This document shows, piece after piece, positions 42,313-51,488 of a stretch of 64,000 bases of DNA (position 1 is the stretch's first letter; each line of letters begins with the position of its first letter). Where the stretch lies: assembly GCA_025055835.1 (NCBI GenBank), contig JANWWR010000006.1, forward strand, positions 59,120 through 123,119, given 5' to 3'. Below the pieces are notes generated by a model. That model was not told the DNA's origin, ran no database searches, and saw only the letters and a list, made by a program, of their open reading frames with translations. This DNA comes from Gemmatales bacterium. GTDB lineage: Bacteria; Planctomycetota; Planctomycetia; Gemmatales; HRBIN36. The translations under genes were made by a program, and so were the position numbers.

Positions 42313-45222
42313 GTGGCTTCGCAGCAGCTTCAGCTTCAGGAAGATTTGCGCGACCTGATTCGCGGTGATCTGCACGCCGACGAATACCATCGCAGCCTCT
42401 ATAGCACCGACGCCAGCATCTTCCAAGTCGAGCCTCTGGCCGTCATCGTGCCGCGCGATGAGGAAGAAGTTCAGAAGATCGTCCGGTACGCGGCAGAGAA
42501 GAAGATCCCGATCACGGCCCGAGGAGGGGGAACCGGTCTGAGCGGGGAGTCGCTGACCAGCGGCATCGTCCTTGACTTCAGTCGCTACTTCCGGGCCATT
42601 CTGGGCATGGATGGCGAGACGGTGCGGGTGCAGCCCGGCGTCGTGTGCCGCCAACTTAACGACTTCCTCGCTCCGATGCGGCTGCGACTCGCTCCGGACC
42701 CGGCCACGGCGGACCAATGCACCGTCGGCGGCATGGTGGCCACGAATGCTTCCGGCCCCCGCGCCTTGCGTCACGGGTACATGCGGGATTACGTGGTTCG
42801 GCTTCGCTGTGTGCTGGACACCGCGGAAGCGGTCGACTTCAGCGAGGAACCGTTGCTCCATGGTGAAGAGATCACGACTCGAAAGCGGCAGCTGGTGGCC
42901 GGCTTGGCGGCCCTCTTGGAATCCCACGCCGACCTGATCCGATCCTGCCTTCCGCGGACTCGTTTCAATCGCTGCGGCTACCTCCTGCATGATGTTCTGG
43001 GGCCGAAACACCTGCACATGGCCCGCATGCTGGTCGGCACGGAAGGGACGCTGGCCCTCGTCACCGAGGCGACTCTACGTGTCGTGCCGTGGCCGAACAG
43101 CAGAGCTGTCCTGGTGGTCGGCTTTCCAAGCATGGAGGCGGCCTTGAAAGCCTTGCCAACCTGCTTGGTCGCCGAACCTGCTGCGTGCGAATTGCTGGAG
43201 CATCGCCTTCTGACGCTCACTCGGGAAGTGCATCCCGAATATGAGCGGGTGCTTCGACCGGGAACCCAGGCAGCGTTGCTAGTCGAGATCGAAGGAGAAA
43301 AACCTGGTTCAGCCGAACTAGTCGCGGAATCGCTGAGCCGAGCCCTCGCGGTGGATCATCCGCTAACCGGGGTGGCGATCGGCGTCAAACCGGAAGAGAT
43401 CGAACACTTGTGGGGACTCCGCAACGCAGCCTTGCCTCTGCTTTATCGCCTGCCTGGCACGTCGCCGCCGGTGCCGTTCGTCGAGGACATTGCCGTCCCC
43501 GTTGAGCATCTCGCCGACCTTCTGCACCGCTCGCAAGAACTTCTCCGCAAACTTCAGATGACCGCGTCCTATCTGATTCACGCCGGCAGCGGCCAAGTGC
43601 ATCTCCGGCCGTTCTTGAACATCCACGAACCGGGAACCGTGGATCGCCTTCAGGAACTGGCAGAAGGGCTGTACGGTATCGTTCTCGACTTAGGCGGAAC
43701 GATCAGTTCACAGCATGGCGTCGGCTTGGGACGGACGCCCTGGGTCGCCCGACAGTACGGTCGGCTTTACCAGGTGTTTCGGGAAATCAAGGCCCTGTTC
43801 GATCCGAACAACGTGTTCAATCCGGGGAAGATCGTGGACCTCGGAAATCCAACAGCGCCCGGCAAGACCCTGTCGGAACTCATCCGGCGTCGAGCGACTG
43901 CGGCCCCTCCCGGAGGTTGGCTCCTGCTTTGGAAGTCCGAGCAGGTCGCTGAAGAATGCAATCGCTGCAATGGCTGCGGAAGCTGTCGCACTGAATCGCT
44001 GCCGGAGCGGATGTGCCCGATCTTCCGTGTCCAGCACCACGAGGCCGCCGCTCCCCGGGCCAAGGCAAACCTGCTGCGGGCCTTGCTGTCCCATCCTGAA
44101 AACGCGGCGAAATTGCACCACGATGAGGTCCGGGCTGTTGCTGACCTCTGCATCAATTGCCGCATGTGTGCCCTCGAATGCCCGGCCAAGGTCAACATCC
44201 CCCAACTGATGCTGGAGGCAAAAGCCCAGAATGTCGCGGAGAATGGCATCAGTTGGGATGACTGGGCCTTGGCTAGAACGGAATCGCTGGCTTGGCTGGG
44301 CAGCGCGTTCGCCGACGTGGTCAATCCCCTGTTACGAAGTCCAACACTACGCTGGCTCCTGGAAAAATGGCTGGGCATCTCCCGGAAGCGGCGATTGCCC
44401 GCCTTCGCTCGGCGAAGCTTCCTTCAGATCGCCGAGCGGCGTGGCTGGACCCGTCCCAGCCGACGACCCGGTGTCGTCTATTTCGTCGATGTCTTCGCCA
44501 ATTACAATGCACCGCAGATCGCCGAAGCCACCGTCGCCGTCCTGCACCATCACGATATTGAGGTCTATGTGCCGCCCGGCCAGGTCGGCTGTGGGATGGC
44601 TCCGCTGTCCGTTGGCGATGTCGATTCGGCCCGCAAAGCCGCCCGCCAGAATGTCCGCGTCTTGGCGGAGTTGGTCCGTTCCGGTTACGTCGTCATCTGC
44701 TCGGAACCGACCGCGGCGCTCATGTTCAAGCAGGATTATCCCTTGCTGCTCGAAGATCCCGATGCGGAACTGATCGCTTCCCGAACCTGGGAACTGACAG
44801 CGTTCCTGGCGGACCTTCAGGACCAAGGGCGACTTCAGACCGAGTTTCGGCCGCTGCCTTGGAGTGTCGGGCATCATGTGCCCTGCCATCTGAAAGCCCT
44901 CGGCGTCGGAGTGCCGACAGGTCGCTTGCTTGCGTTGATCCCCAGATTGCGGCTCCTTACAATCGATCTCGGATGCTCCGGCATGGCAGGCACGTTCGGT
45001 CTGAAAGCGACAAGTTTCGAAACGTCCCTGCAAGCCGGAAGGCCGATGCTGGAACGGCTGAGACAACGGGATGTTCAGATCGGCGTCAGCGAGTGCAGCG
45101 CCTGTCGAATGCAGATGGAACAGGGAACGCGGAAACGATGCCTGCATCCGATCGAAGTGTTGGCGATTGCTTACGGGTTGATTTCCGAGCCGCAGCTTCG
45201 GACGGGATCGTCTCTTCGTTGA
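42313..45222 (+). CDS. FAD-binding oxidase fused to an Fe-S/CCG-domain oxidoreductase (YdiJ / GlcD-GlcF fusion type)
   Basis: GTG start. FAD_binding_4 region ITARGGGTGLSGES. Oxidase C-terminal GTISSQHGVGL. Ferredoxin-type CNRCNGCGSCR and CINCRMCALECP. Two CCG-type cysteine-rich regions. 969 aa. Confidence 0.88.
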   Translation: MASQQLQLQEDLRDLIRGDLHADEYHRSLYSTDASIFQVEPLAVIVPRDEEEVQKIVRYAAEKKIPITARGGGTGLSGESLTSGIVLDFSRYFRAILGMDGETVRVQPGVVCRQLNDFLAPMRLRLAPDPATADQCTVGGMVATNASGPRALRHGYMRDYVVRLRCVLDTAEAVDFSEEPLLHGEEITTRKRQLVAGLAALLESHADLIRSCLPRTRFNRCGYLLHDVLGPKHLHMARMLVGTEGTLALVTEATLRVVPWPNSRAVLVVGFPSMEAALKALPTCLVAEPAACELLEHRLLTLTREVHPEYERVLRPGTQAALLVEIEGEKPGSAELVAESLSRALAVDHPLTGVAIGVKPEEIEHLWGLRNAALPLLYRLPGTSPPVPFVEDIAVPVEHLADLLHRSQELLRKLQMTASYLIHAGSGQVHLRPFLNIHEPGTVDRLQELAEGLYGIVLDLGGTISSQHGVGLGRTPWVARQYGRLYQVFREIKALFDPNNVFNPGKIVDLGNPTAPGKTLSELIRRRATAAPPGGWLLLWKSEQVAEECNRCNGCGSCRTESLPERMCPIFRVQHHEAAAPRAKANLLRALLSHPENAAKLHHDEVRAVADLCINCRMCALECPAKVNIPQLMLEAKAQNVAENGISWDDWALARTESLAWLGSAFADVVNPLLRSPTLRWLLEKWLGISRKRRLPAFARRSFLQIAERRGWTRPSRRPGVVYFVDVFANYNAPQIAEATVAVLHHHDIEVYVPPGQVGCGMAPLSVGDVDSARKAARQNVRVLAELVRSGYVVICSEPTAALMFKQDYPLLLEDPDAELIASRTWELTAFLADLQDQGRLQTEFRPLPWSVGHHVPCHLKALGVGVPTGRLLALIPRLRLLTIDLGCSGMAGTFGLKATSFETSLQAGRPMLERLRQRDVQIGVSECSACRMQMEQGTRKRCLHPIEVLAIAYGLISEPQLRTGSSLR

Positions 45223-45266
45223 CAGGTTTGGGGCCAAGCGACGGCAACCCGGTCCAGGCACCATCC

Positions 45267-45515
45267 ATGCGGTTTAAGATTCTCCTTTTTGCCGCGCTGC
45301 GGGAGCGGATGGGTGTGGAAGCCGTGGAGATCGAACTGGAACCCGGCTCTCGGGTGGCTGATTTACGGCGAGGGCTGAGCGAGCGGTTCCCCACCTTGGG
45401 ACCGCTGCTGAGTCGCTGCGCCATCGCCGTGGCTGAAGAATTTGCTGATGACGAGACGGTCCTGCGTCCCGAGGAAGTCGTCGCCCTGATTCCCCCCGTG
45501 AGTGGCGGTCAATGA
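45267..45515 (+). CDS. moaD: molybdopterin synthase sulfur-carrier subunit MoaD, ending in GGQ rather than GG
   Basis: The 82-aa ubiquitin-fold-sized product runs MRFKILLFAALRERMG...VALIPPVSGGQ. Its stop overlaps the moaE start (ATGA). Confidence 0.85.
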   Translation: MRFKILLFAALRERMGVEAVEIELEPGSRVADLRRGLSERFPTLGPLLSRCAIAVAEEFADDETVLRPEEVVALIPPVSGGQ

Positions 45516-45943
45516 TTCGCCTTCAACATGAACCCATTGATTATGCTGGCGTTACCGAGGCGGTGCGGTCCCCGCTGGCCGGGGCCGTGGTGCTGTTCTT
45601 GGGCACTGTCCGGGAATTCACGGACGGCCGACGAACCACGCATCTGGAGTACGAGGCCTACCCTGCAATGGCCGAGAAAAAACTGGCCGAAATCGAAGCG
45701 GAACTAAGGCAACGCTGGCCGGTCGTCGGCGTGGCGATGGTTCATCGGCTGGGGCGGCTGGAGTTGGGTGAAGTCAGCGTCGCCGTGGCCGTCAGTGCTC
45801 CCCATCGTGCCGAGGCTTTCGAGGCTGCCCGCCACGCTATGGAGCGGATCAAAGCCATTGTCCCCATCTGGAAACAGGAAAACTGGGACGACGGCTCCAC
45901 CGCCTGGGTCCATCCGGAGTCGCAGCCGTGCTGCCACGATTGA
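45512..45943 (+). CDS. moaE: molybdopterin synthase catalytic subunit MoaE
   Basis: GAVVLFLGTVREF, YEAYPAMAEK, VSAPHRAEAFEA and IKAIVPIWKQE. 143 aa. Confidence 0.9.
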   Translation: MIRLQHEPIDYAGVTEAVRSPLAGAVVLFLGTVREFTDGRRTTHLEYEAYPAMAEKKLAEIEAELRQRWPVVGVAMVHRLGRLELGEVSVAVAVSAPHRAEAFEAARHAMERIKAIVPIWKQENWDDGSTAWVHPESQPCCHD

Positions 45944-46917
45944 TCGACGGCTTCGGCCGCGTTCACAACAACTTGCGGATCAGCGTCACGGACCGCTGCA
46001 ACCTCCGCTGCACTTATTGCATGCCGGAGGAAGTTACGTTCCTTCCCCGTGATGAACTGCTCACCTTTGAAGAGATAGCCCGCATTGTTCGCGTCGCAGT
46101 CAAGCTCGGTATCGACAAATTGCGTCTAACCGGCGGTGAACCGCTGCTGCGGCGGAATCTGGACCGCCTGACGGCCATGCTGTCCGCCATTCCGGAGATC
46201 AAAGACATCAGTTTGACGACCAACGGCCTGCTTTTGAGCGAGCAAGCCAAGGCGCTACACCTTGCCGGCCTGCGCCGCATCAACGTCAGTCTCGACACCC
46301 TGCGGCCCGAAGTGTTCCGCCATCTGACTCGCCGTGACGGACTGGACCGAATCCTCGCCGGTCTTGAATCGGCCCGCACCATCGGCTTTCATCCGATCAA
46401 GCTCAATGCGGTCATCCTCCGCGGCGTTAACGATGAGGACATCGTGCCGCTGGTCCGTTTTGCCCTGGAAAACGGTTTCGAGATGCGGTTTATCGAGTAC
46501 ATGCCCATCGGGGCTGAACCGTGGGAACGGGCCAAGGTCTTTTTTGCTCATGAGATCATGGAGCGGATCGAAAACGAGATCGGTTCCCTAATCCCGGCCC
46601 CCGACTACGATCCTCGCAGCCCGGCGATGGAGTTCTGCCTGGCGGACGGCTCCGGACGTGTAGGCATCATCGCTTCCGTGTCGCGGCCCTTCTGTCACCA
46701 CTGCAATCGCATCCGGTTGACCGCGGACGGCAAGCTCCGCAACTGCCTTTTTGCCCTGGAGGAAGCCGACCTCAAGAGCGTTTTGCGGAACGGTGGTTCG
46801 GATGAAGACATTGCCGAGGTCTTCCGAGCCAACGTCGCGGCCAAATGGGAGGGACACGAAATCAACACGGCTCGCTTCATCAAACCGCTGCGGACCATGC
46901 ACGCCATTGGCGGTTAA
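45928..46917 (+). CDS. moaA: GTP 3',8-cyclase MoaA (radical SAM)
   Basis: LRISVTDRCNLRCTYCMPEE, LTGGEPLLR, and the C-terminal cluster CHHCNRIRLTADGKLRNCLF. Confidence 0.95.
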   Translation: MLPRLIDGFGRVHNNLRISVTDRCNLRCTYCMPEEVTFLPRDELLTFEEIARIVRVAVKLGIDKLRLTGGEPLLRRNLDRLTAMLSAIPEIKDISLTTNGLLLSEQAKALHLAGLRRINVSLDTLRPEVFRHLTRRDGLDRILAGLESARTIGFHPIKLNAVILRGVNDEDIVPLVRFALENGFEMRFIEYMPIGAEPWERAKVFFAHEIMERIENEIGSLIPAPDYDPRSPAMEFCLADGSGRVGIIASVSRPFCHHCNRIRLTADGKLRNCLFALEEADLKSVLRNGGSDEDIAEVFRANVAAKWEGHEINTARFIKPLRTMHAIGG

Positions 46918-46935
46918 AGCTATTCATCATTTGGA

Positions 46936-48696
46936 CTAGGCGGCAGGCCGAGCGAGGCGGAACAAGTCGTCATGGCCCTGGGCTTCTTCCGGCGAGGTTT
47001 GAGCCACGAATCGTCCCGAACGCACAATCAGAACTTCGTCGCAAAAATCCAGGGCCATTTCGCCAGGCAGCACGAAAATCACCAAGCGCTGCCGAGACCA
47101 TTCCTTCAACGACTCCAAGACCCGGCGACTTGTCTCGGGATCAAGCCCTGTAAGAAGGTCATCCAGCAGCAACACCTCGGGATTGCGAAGGAAGGCCCGA
47201 GCTAAAGCAAGACGCTGCAACTGGCCTACCGACAACTGCACACCTTTGCGACCAACCCGCGCTTCCAGTCCGCCGACTGGCCTCAACTGCTCGACATCTT
47301 TATCCAACGCCGCTTGTCGAAGGGCTTGTTCGATCAACTCGGCGGACGCATCGGGCTTGGCGATTTTGAGGTTTTCAAGCAGCGTCCCTTGCACGATGAG
47401 CGGCGGCCAGGCCGAGAGCATGATCCGGGAACGCAGGTCCCCGGGATCCAAGTCTTCGACCTTGAACCCGTTGTAGGTCAGCAATCCCGATTGAGGTCGC
47501 GAAGATCCGCTAAGCAGGTGCAGAAGCCTGGATTTCCCGGAACCGCTCGGCCCTGCGACACCGTAAAGGAGACCAACGCTCAATTGGCAGGTGACGTCCC
47601 GAACCAGAACCAGATCGCCAACGGCGGACGCGACCTCCCGGCAAGCGATTTCGCGGATCGGTTCGCCGAGGAGCTTGCCCGTCGACTTTACCTCCGGTGT
47701 TCCGGAGGCTTCGGCGGGCACGGAGTTGGCCTGGTCGAGGAGTTGGCTCAGGTATTCGCTATTTTCCTCGGCCAGCGACCATTGTTGCAGGACTTGGCGC
47801 AGTCCCAGGAAAAGCGATTGGTGCAGGGCCAGAAGTGCAGCCAGATCCGCCAGGGTGGTGCGTCCCAAAGTCAGCAGCCAGCCTCCAAGGGCAAGTAAAA
47901 GCAATCCCGTGATGGCGGACGCCACGTGGGTTTCTAGAGTGCCGAGACGCTGCGCCCGTAATGAGGCTTCCTCTCCGCCGAGTTGTTTCCCGATGGGTTC
48001 GGCGAGCCGGTCCAACTGTGCCTCTCCAGCCCCGTAGAGCTTGATCTGCGGCAGTGCGGCGAAGAGCCGACAGAGCCGGTTGTGCAATTCCTGCTGCCCC
48101 TGCAATGCCGCGCTTGCACCTTGCCGCTGCCGACCGATCAGACGGGCTGTCCATAGTAAGACCCCAACTGCCGCCACCAGAACAACGATCCCACACTCCG
48201 GCTGTAAGATCAGCGCCGCCCCTGCGGTCATGATGGCTGATACGAGGCGCTGAACCGCCCCGAGAGCCGAACGCAGCGTCCGAGCCACCACCATGAGGCC
48301 ATTGCGGAGCAGATGGACAATCTGATGGGCGTCTAGCGACTGCACGTTGTCCGGGGAGCCGCTCAGGAGGGACTCGACTTTCTTCCGCACTACCTCGACG
48401 CCGACCGACCTTTCAAACAACAGGCTGACACTGGTGGCACCGTATTCGGCGGCTTGTCCCAGGAACCAGACTCCGATTAAAGCGGCAAGTTCCCAGGCGA
48501 TGGCGATGAAATCGCCGTCAAGACCGGCTTGCAACAGTCGGCTGAGGAGCAGAAAGCGCAGACTGGTGAAAGCTCCAGCTGTCAGGAGGGCAGCGAAGTA
48601 CAGCACAACCCGCCTGGATTCTCGAAAGGCTTGGCGAAGCAGTGCCGCCATGGGAGGAGAAATGAGTTCGCGCAGCGACATAAGCGGTGGCATCAT
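46936..48696 (-). CDS. ABC exporter fused TMD-NBD subunit with a degenerate nucleotide-binding site
   Basis: Walker A GPSGSGKS and signature LSVGQLQR are retained. Walker B is LLLDDLLTGLD (Asp instead of the catalytic Glu). Trp sits at the expected Q-loop position (SAWPPLIVQGT). There is no H-loop His (VIFVLPGEM). The ATG at 48696 overlaps the upstream stop (ATGA). Confidence 0.85.
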   Translation of the reverse strand: MMPPLMSLRELISPPMAALLRQAFRESRRVVLYFAALLTAGAFTSLRFLLLSRLLQAGLDGDFIAIAWELAALIGVWFLGQAAEYGATSVSLLFERSVGVEVVRKKVESLLSGSPDNVQSLDAHQIVHLLRNGLMVVARTLRSALGAVQRLVSAIMTAGAALILQPECGIVVLVAAVGVLLWTARLIGRQRQGASAALQGQQELHNRLCRLFAALPQIKLYGAGEAQLDRLAEPIGKQLGGEEASLRAQRLGTLETHVASAITGLLLLALGGWLLTLGRTTLADLAALLALHQSLFLGLRQVLQQWSLAEENSEYLSQLLDQANSVPAEASGTPEVKSTGKLLGEPIREIACREVASAVGDLVLVRDVTCQLSVGLLYGVAGPSGSGKSRLLHLLSGSSRPQSGLLTYNGFKVEDLDPGDLRSRIMLSAWPPLIVQGTLLENLKIAKPDASAELIEQALRQAALDKDVEQLRPVGGLEARVGRKGVQLSVGQLQRLALARAFLRNPEVLLLDDLLTGLDPETSRRVLESLKEWSRQRLVIFVLPGEMALDFCDEVLIVRSGRFVAQTSPEEAQGHDDLFRLARPAA

Positions 48697-50474
48697 CCCG
48701 CCCGGACTCCTTCCGCTTCTAAAGTTGGCAGCCACCGGGCCAAAATCTGCGTTCGTGGTCCTTCGGCAACGATTCGGCCGCGATCGATCACGATGAGACG
48801 GTCGCAGACGGCCAGCGTCGCTGGGCGGTGCGAGATCAGAAAGGTGATCCAGTGGTGCCGTCGCTGAAGAAGACTGTGCAAAAATCGTTGTTCCAGAGCG
48901 GAGTCGCAGAGGCTTGTCGGTTCATCGAACACCACCAAACTCGCCGGCCGGAGCCAGACGCGAGCCCATTCGACACGCTGTTGCAGGCTGCGGGTGTGCC
49001 AGACGGCTGTGGTTCTCTCTCCGAGACGGTCGAGGTGTTCATGACGGAGGTTGGGATCGATCCCGGCTTCTCGAAGGGCCTCAATAACCGCTTCCGGGCT
49101 GGCTTGCGGATAAACCCAGGCGACTTCCTCGGCCAGCGTCCCCTCCAGGCGAACGGGAACTTGCGTGACGGCGGAAGCCTGTTGCCAGAAACTGGCCAGG
49201 GAGATTTCTCGGGCATCGCGGCCATTGACCAGAATGCGGCCGGTGGTCGGATCGAGGAGGCGAAGAATGACATGAGCCAGAGTCGTTTTCCCTGCTCCGC
49301 TGCGGCCGATGATGCCGATGATCTCTCCCTGGCGCGCCTCCAGATTGATCTCAGAGAGCAAAGGAACGCCAGACAGTTCATAGCCGACCTGCTCCAGACG
49401 CAAGGAAGTGATCGGCTCCGCCAAGGGAGTGCCGGCGTCATGCTGTCGGCGTTCGCTGAACCGTCCTTCGTTGAATTGAAAGATGTCGCCAAGTTTGGCG
49501 ACCTTGGTTTGCATAGCGATTTGGATGCGGACCAGTTCGCCAAGTGGTTCCAGAAGCATCGTCATAGCGACGAAGGCCGTCATGGCACTGGCTGCCGCCA
49601 CGCCGGTGAGCAGAACGACACCAACCGCCAGGGCCAATAGCACGATGCCGAGCACGTTGATTACCGCGGCTCCGCCGGCCTGAATACGGGCCATCCGCAG
49701 GGTCCGGGCTGTCCAGGCGGAACAGGCTTCGTCGAACTGGCTTAAGGCCTGTTCTCTCAGCCCGAGTCCGTGAAGATCGTGCAGGTTGGAAAAGATGACG
49801 AGAACGCGGTCAATGAATCCAAGGTCGGTGCGAAGTTCTTCACGGGCGAGTTGCCGCAGACGGCTCATGCGTTGCCAGGCCAGGAAGCTCAAGGACGCCA
49901 GCAGCGCCAGGCCAATCGCTGCGTGAAGGGGTGCCTGCACAAGCACTGTCGAGACCACACCCACGATGACAACCAGCCGCGTCGCCGCGGTCGTGACCAT
50001 GCTCAGGAAGGCACGGACCGCAAGTTGAAGCTTGTCGAGGTGAAGGACGAACTTGACCAGGGAACGAGTGCGAAAATAGTCGGCGGGTAGCAGGAGCAAC
50101 CGTTCGGTTGCCCAGCGGAACGTGGCCACTTCGACACCCGCCAAAAACCAGCGTTGCGTTTCGTCGGAAAGATACTGGCAGACGGCTGCTCCGAGCTGAC
50201 AGGCAAGCAAGCCCGCCACAGCCAGGAACAAAGGGAGTGGGGCACTTTGAAGGATCTCAGGATCGAGGCGACGCAAAGTGTGATCGAGGAAGAACACCAG
50301 AAGGGCGAGGCAGCCAGCCCGACAGGCGGCAAGCAGCCCGGTCAGTGCCAGCCGATACCGGAACGGCCAACCGATTTGGACCAGCAGCCAAGCCAATCTC
50401 GAGACGGAAATCTCATCGGCTTCGTGTTCCTCAGAACGATTCAAATCCTCGTTGGAGAGGACAACTTCCGTCAT
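48693..50474 (-). CDS. ABC exporter fused TMD-NBD subunit with a degenerate signature motif
   Basis: Walker A GRSGAGKTT, Walker B LVVFDEPTS and H-loop LISHR are intact. The signature position reads TRSLQQR instead of LSGGQ. I preferred the ATG at 50474, preceded by GGAGGCGGA; the track start 50543 is a TTG and another ATG is at 50525. Confidence 0.85.
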   Translation of the reverse strand: MTEVVLSNEDLNRSEEHEADEISVSRLAWLLVQIGWPFRYRLALTGLLAACRAGCLALLVFFLDHTLRRLDPEILQSAPLPLFLAVAGLLACQLGAAVCQYLSDETQRWFLAGVEVATFRWATERLLLLPADYFRTRSLVKFVLHLDKLQLAVRAFLSMVTTAATRLVVIVGVVSTVLVQAPLHAAIGLALLASLSFLAWQRMSRLRQLAREELRTDLGFIDRVLVIFSNLHDLHGLGLREQALSQFDEACSAWTARTLRMARIQAGGAAVINVLGIVLLALAVGVVLLTGVAAASAMTAFVAMTMLLEPLGELVRIQIAMQTKVAKLGDIFQFNEGRFSERRQHDAGTPLAEPITSLRLEQVGYELSGVPLLSEINLEARQGEIIGIIGRSGAGKTTLAHVILRLLDPTTGRILVNGRDAREISLASFWQQASAVTQVPVRLEGTLAEEVAWVYPQASPEAVIEALREAGIDPNLRHEHLDRLGERTTAVWHTRSLQQRVEWARVWLRPASLVVFDEPTSLCDSALEQRFLHSLLQRRHHWITFLISHRPATLAVCDRLIVIDRGRIVAEGPRTQILARWLPTLEAEGVRAG

Positions 50475-50585
50475 TCCGCCTCCATGCAGCCGAGACTTGG
50501 TACGAAGGCGAGTACCATAATCCATGTGCCGATCCGTGGTCAATCCAGCCCGAAAAGCCCAACACCGACTGCGTCAGCCTTCGCA

Positions 50586-50614
50586 TTGACCGATCTTGCA
50601 GCGAGACCTAGAAT
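50586..50614 (+). promoter_or_regulatory. putative sigma70-type promoter
   Basis: TTGACC (50586-50591), 17-nt spacer, TAGAAT (50609-50614), about 50 nt upstream of the ATG at 50663. This is the best consensus match I saw in the window. Confidence 0.4.
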
Positions 50615-50662
50615 TAGGCCGACAAACGATCCCGACTCAAAGAGCACGGAGGGTCTTGCCGC

Positions 50663-51415
50663 ATGAAGGCGGAACAGCGTCATCAACTACAACAGAACGA
50701 TCTGGCCGCCGGCATGGGCAAGCTCGTCCAGAGCGCTCAGGGATCGGGAAGCATGCTGCTGGGAGTGGGATTGCTCCTGGTTGCGTTATTTCTGGCCTAC
50801 TGGTGGTGGACCAGCAATACTGCCAATCGGATTTCCCAGACCTGGATCAACTGGTGGGAAGACCGCAGTTCCGGGGCGATTCTGGAATTCATGCCGGAAG
50901 CGGAACTGAAGAAAATTGCCGATCAGGCCCGGGGCACGATCGCCGATCAGGCTGCCCAGCTGACCTTGGCAGATCAGCTTTACGAGAAGGCATACAAGAC
51001 CATGTTTCGGGACTCGGCCTCGGCAGCCGTTCCACTGTTCGAAGAAGCCTATGCCGTGTACGAGCCGCTGAGCCGCACGGCGAGTTCCCGCGAAGTTGCC
51101 TTGCGGGCTTTGATCGGGGCAGCTCGGTGTAAGGAGTCGGCTGGCGATCTGCCAAAGGCCGTGGAAACCTATCAGGCAGTCGTGGACCGTTACGGCTCGC
51201 TCTTCCAAGGCCCGAGCGGTGAAGAACATCCGCTGGTCGCCGAGGCTCGCCGACGGCTCAAGGCACTGCAAAGCGGAGACGGCTTCGCCTTCTACAACGG
51301 CACGGAAGGACGCCAGGCTTGGCCCCAGCGGCTTCCCAAATCGGAAAAGACGTCGTCACCCACTCCGCCAGGGGAGTTGCCGCCGCTGCCCGGCAGCAAC
51401 ACGGAGAGTCCTTAA
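50663..51415 (+). CDS. membrane-anchored helical (TPR/YfgM-like) hypothetical protein
   Basis: N-terminal cytoplasmic stretch, TM helix MLLGVGLLLVALFLAYWWW, then a helical domain (ADQLYEKAYKTMF..., GDLPKAVETYQAVVDRY) and a Pro-rich tail. Confidence 0.6.
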   Translation: MKAEQRHQLQQNDLAAGMGKLVQSAQGSGSMLLGVGLLLVALFLAYWWWTSNTANRISQTWINWWEDRSSGAILEFMPEAELKKIADQARGTIADQAAQLTLADQLYEKAYKTMFRDSASAAVPLFEEAYAVYEPLSRTASSREVALRALIGAARCKESAGDLPKAVETYQAVVDRYGSLFQGPSGEEHPLVAEARRRLKALQSGDGFAFYNGTEGRQAWPQRLPKSEKTSSPTPPGELPPLPGSNTESP

Positions 51416-51420
51416 ACCTT

Positions 51421-51470
51421 TTCGCCTAGTACGATGGGGTATAGGCGAACCGCACTTCGGTTCGTCTTGT
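51421..51470 (+). terminator. two overlapping hairpins, possibly a weak terminator
   Basis: TTCGCCTA (51421-51428) pairs with TAGGCGAA (51442-51449). GAACCG (51447-51452) pairs with CGGTTC (51458-51463), followed by GTCTTGT. The T-run is poor. Confidence 0.25.
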
Positions 51471-51488
51471 CGATAGCTCGCGCTCGCC

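Noticed and set aside
45223-45266. Possible Moco riboswitch ahead of moaD-moaE-moaA
   Set aside because: The gap after the upstream FAD/Fe-S oxidoreductase gene is only 44 nt. That is far too short for the roughly 130-nt Moco RNA motif.
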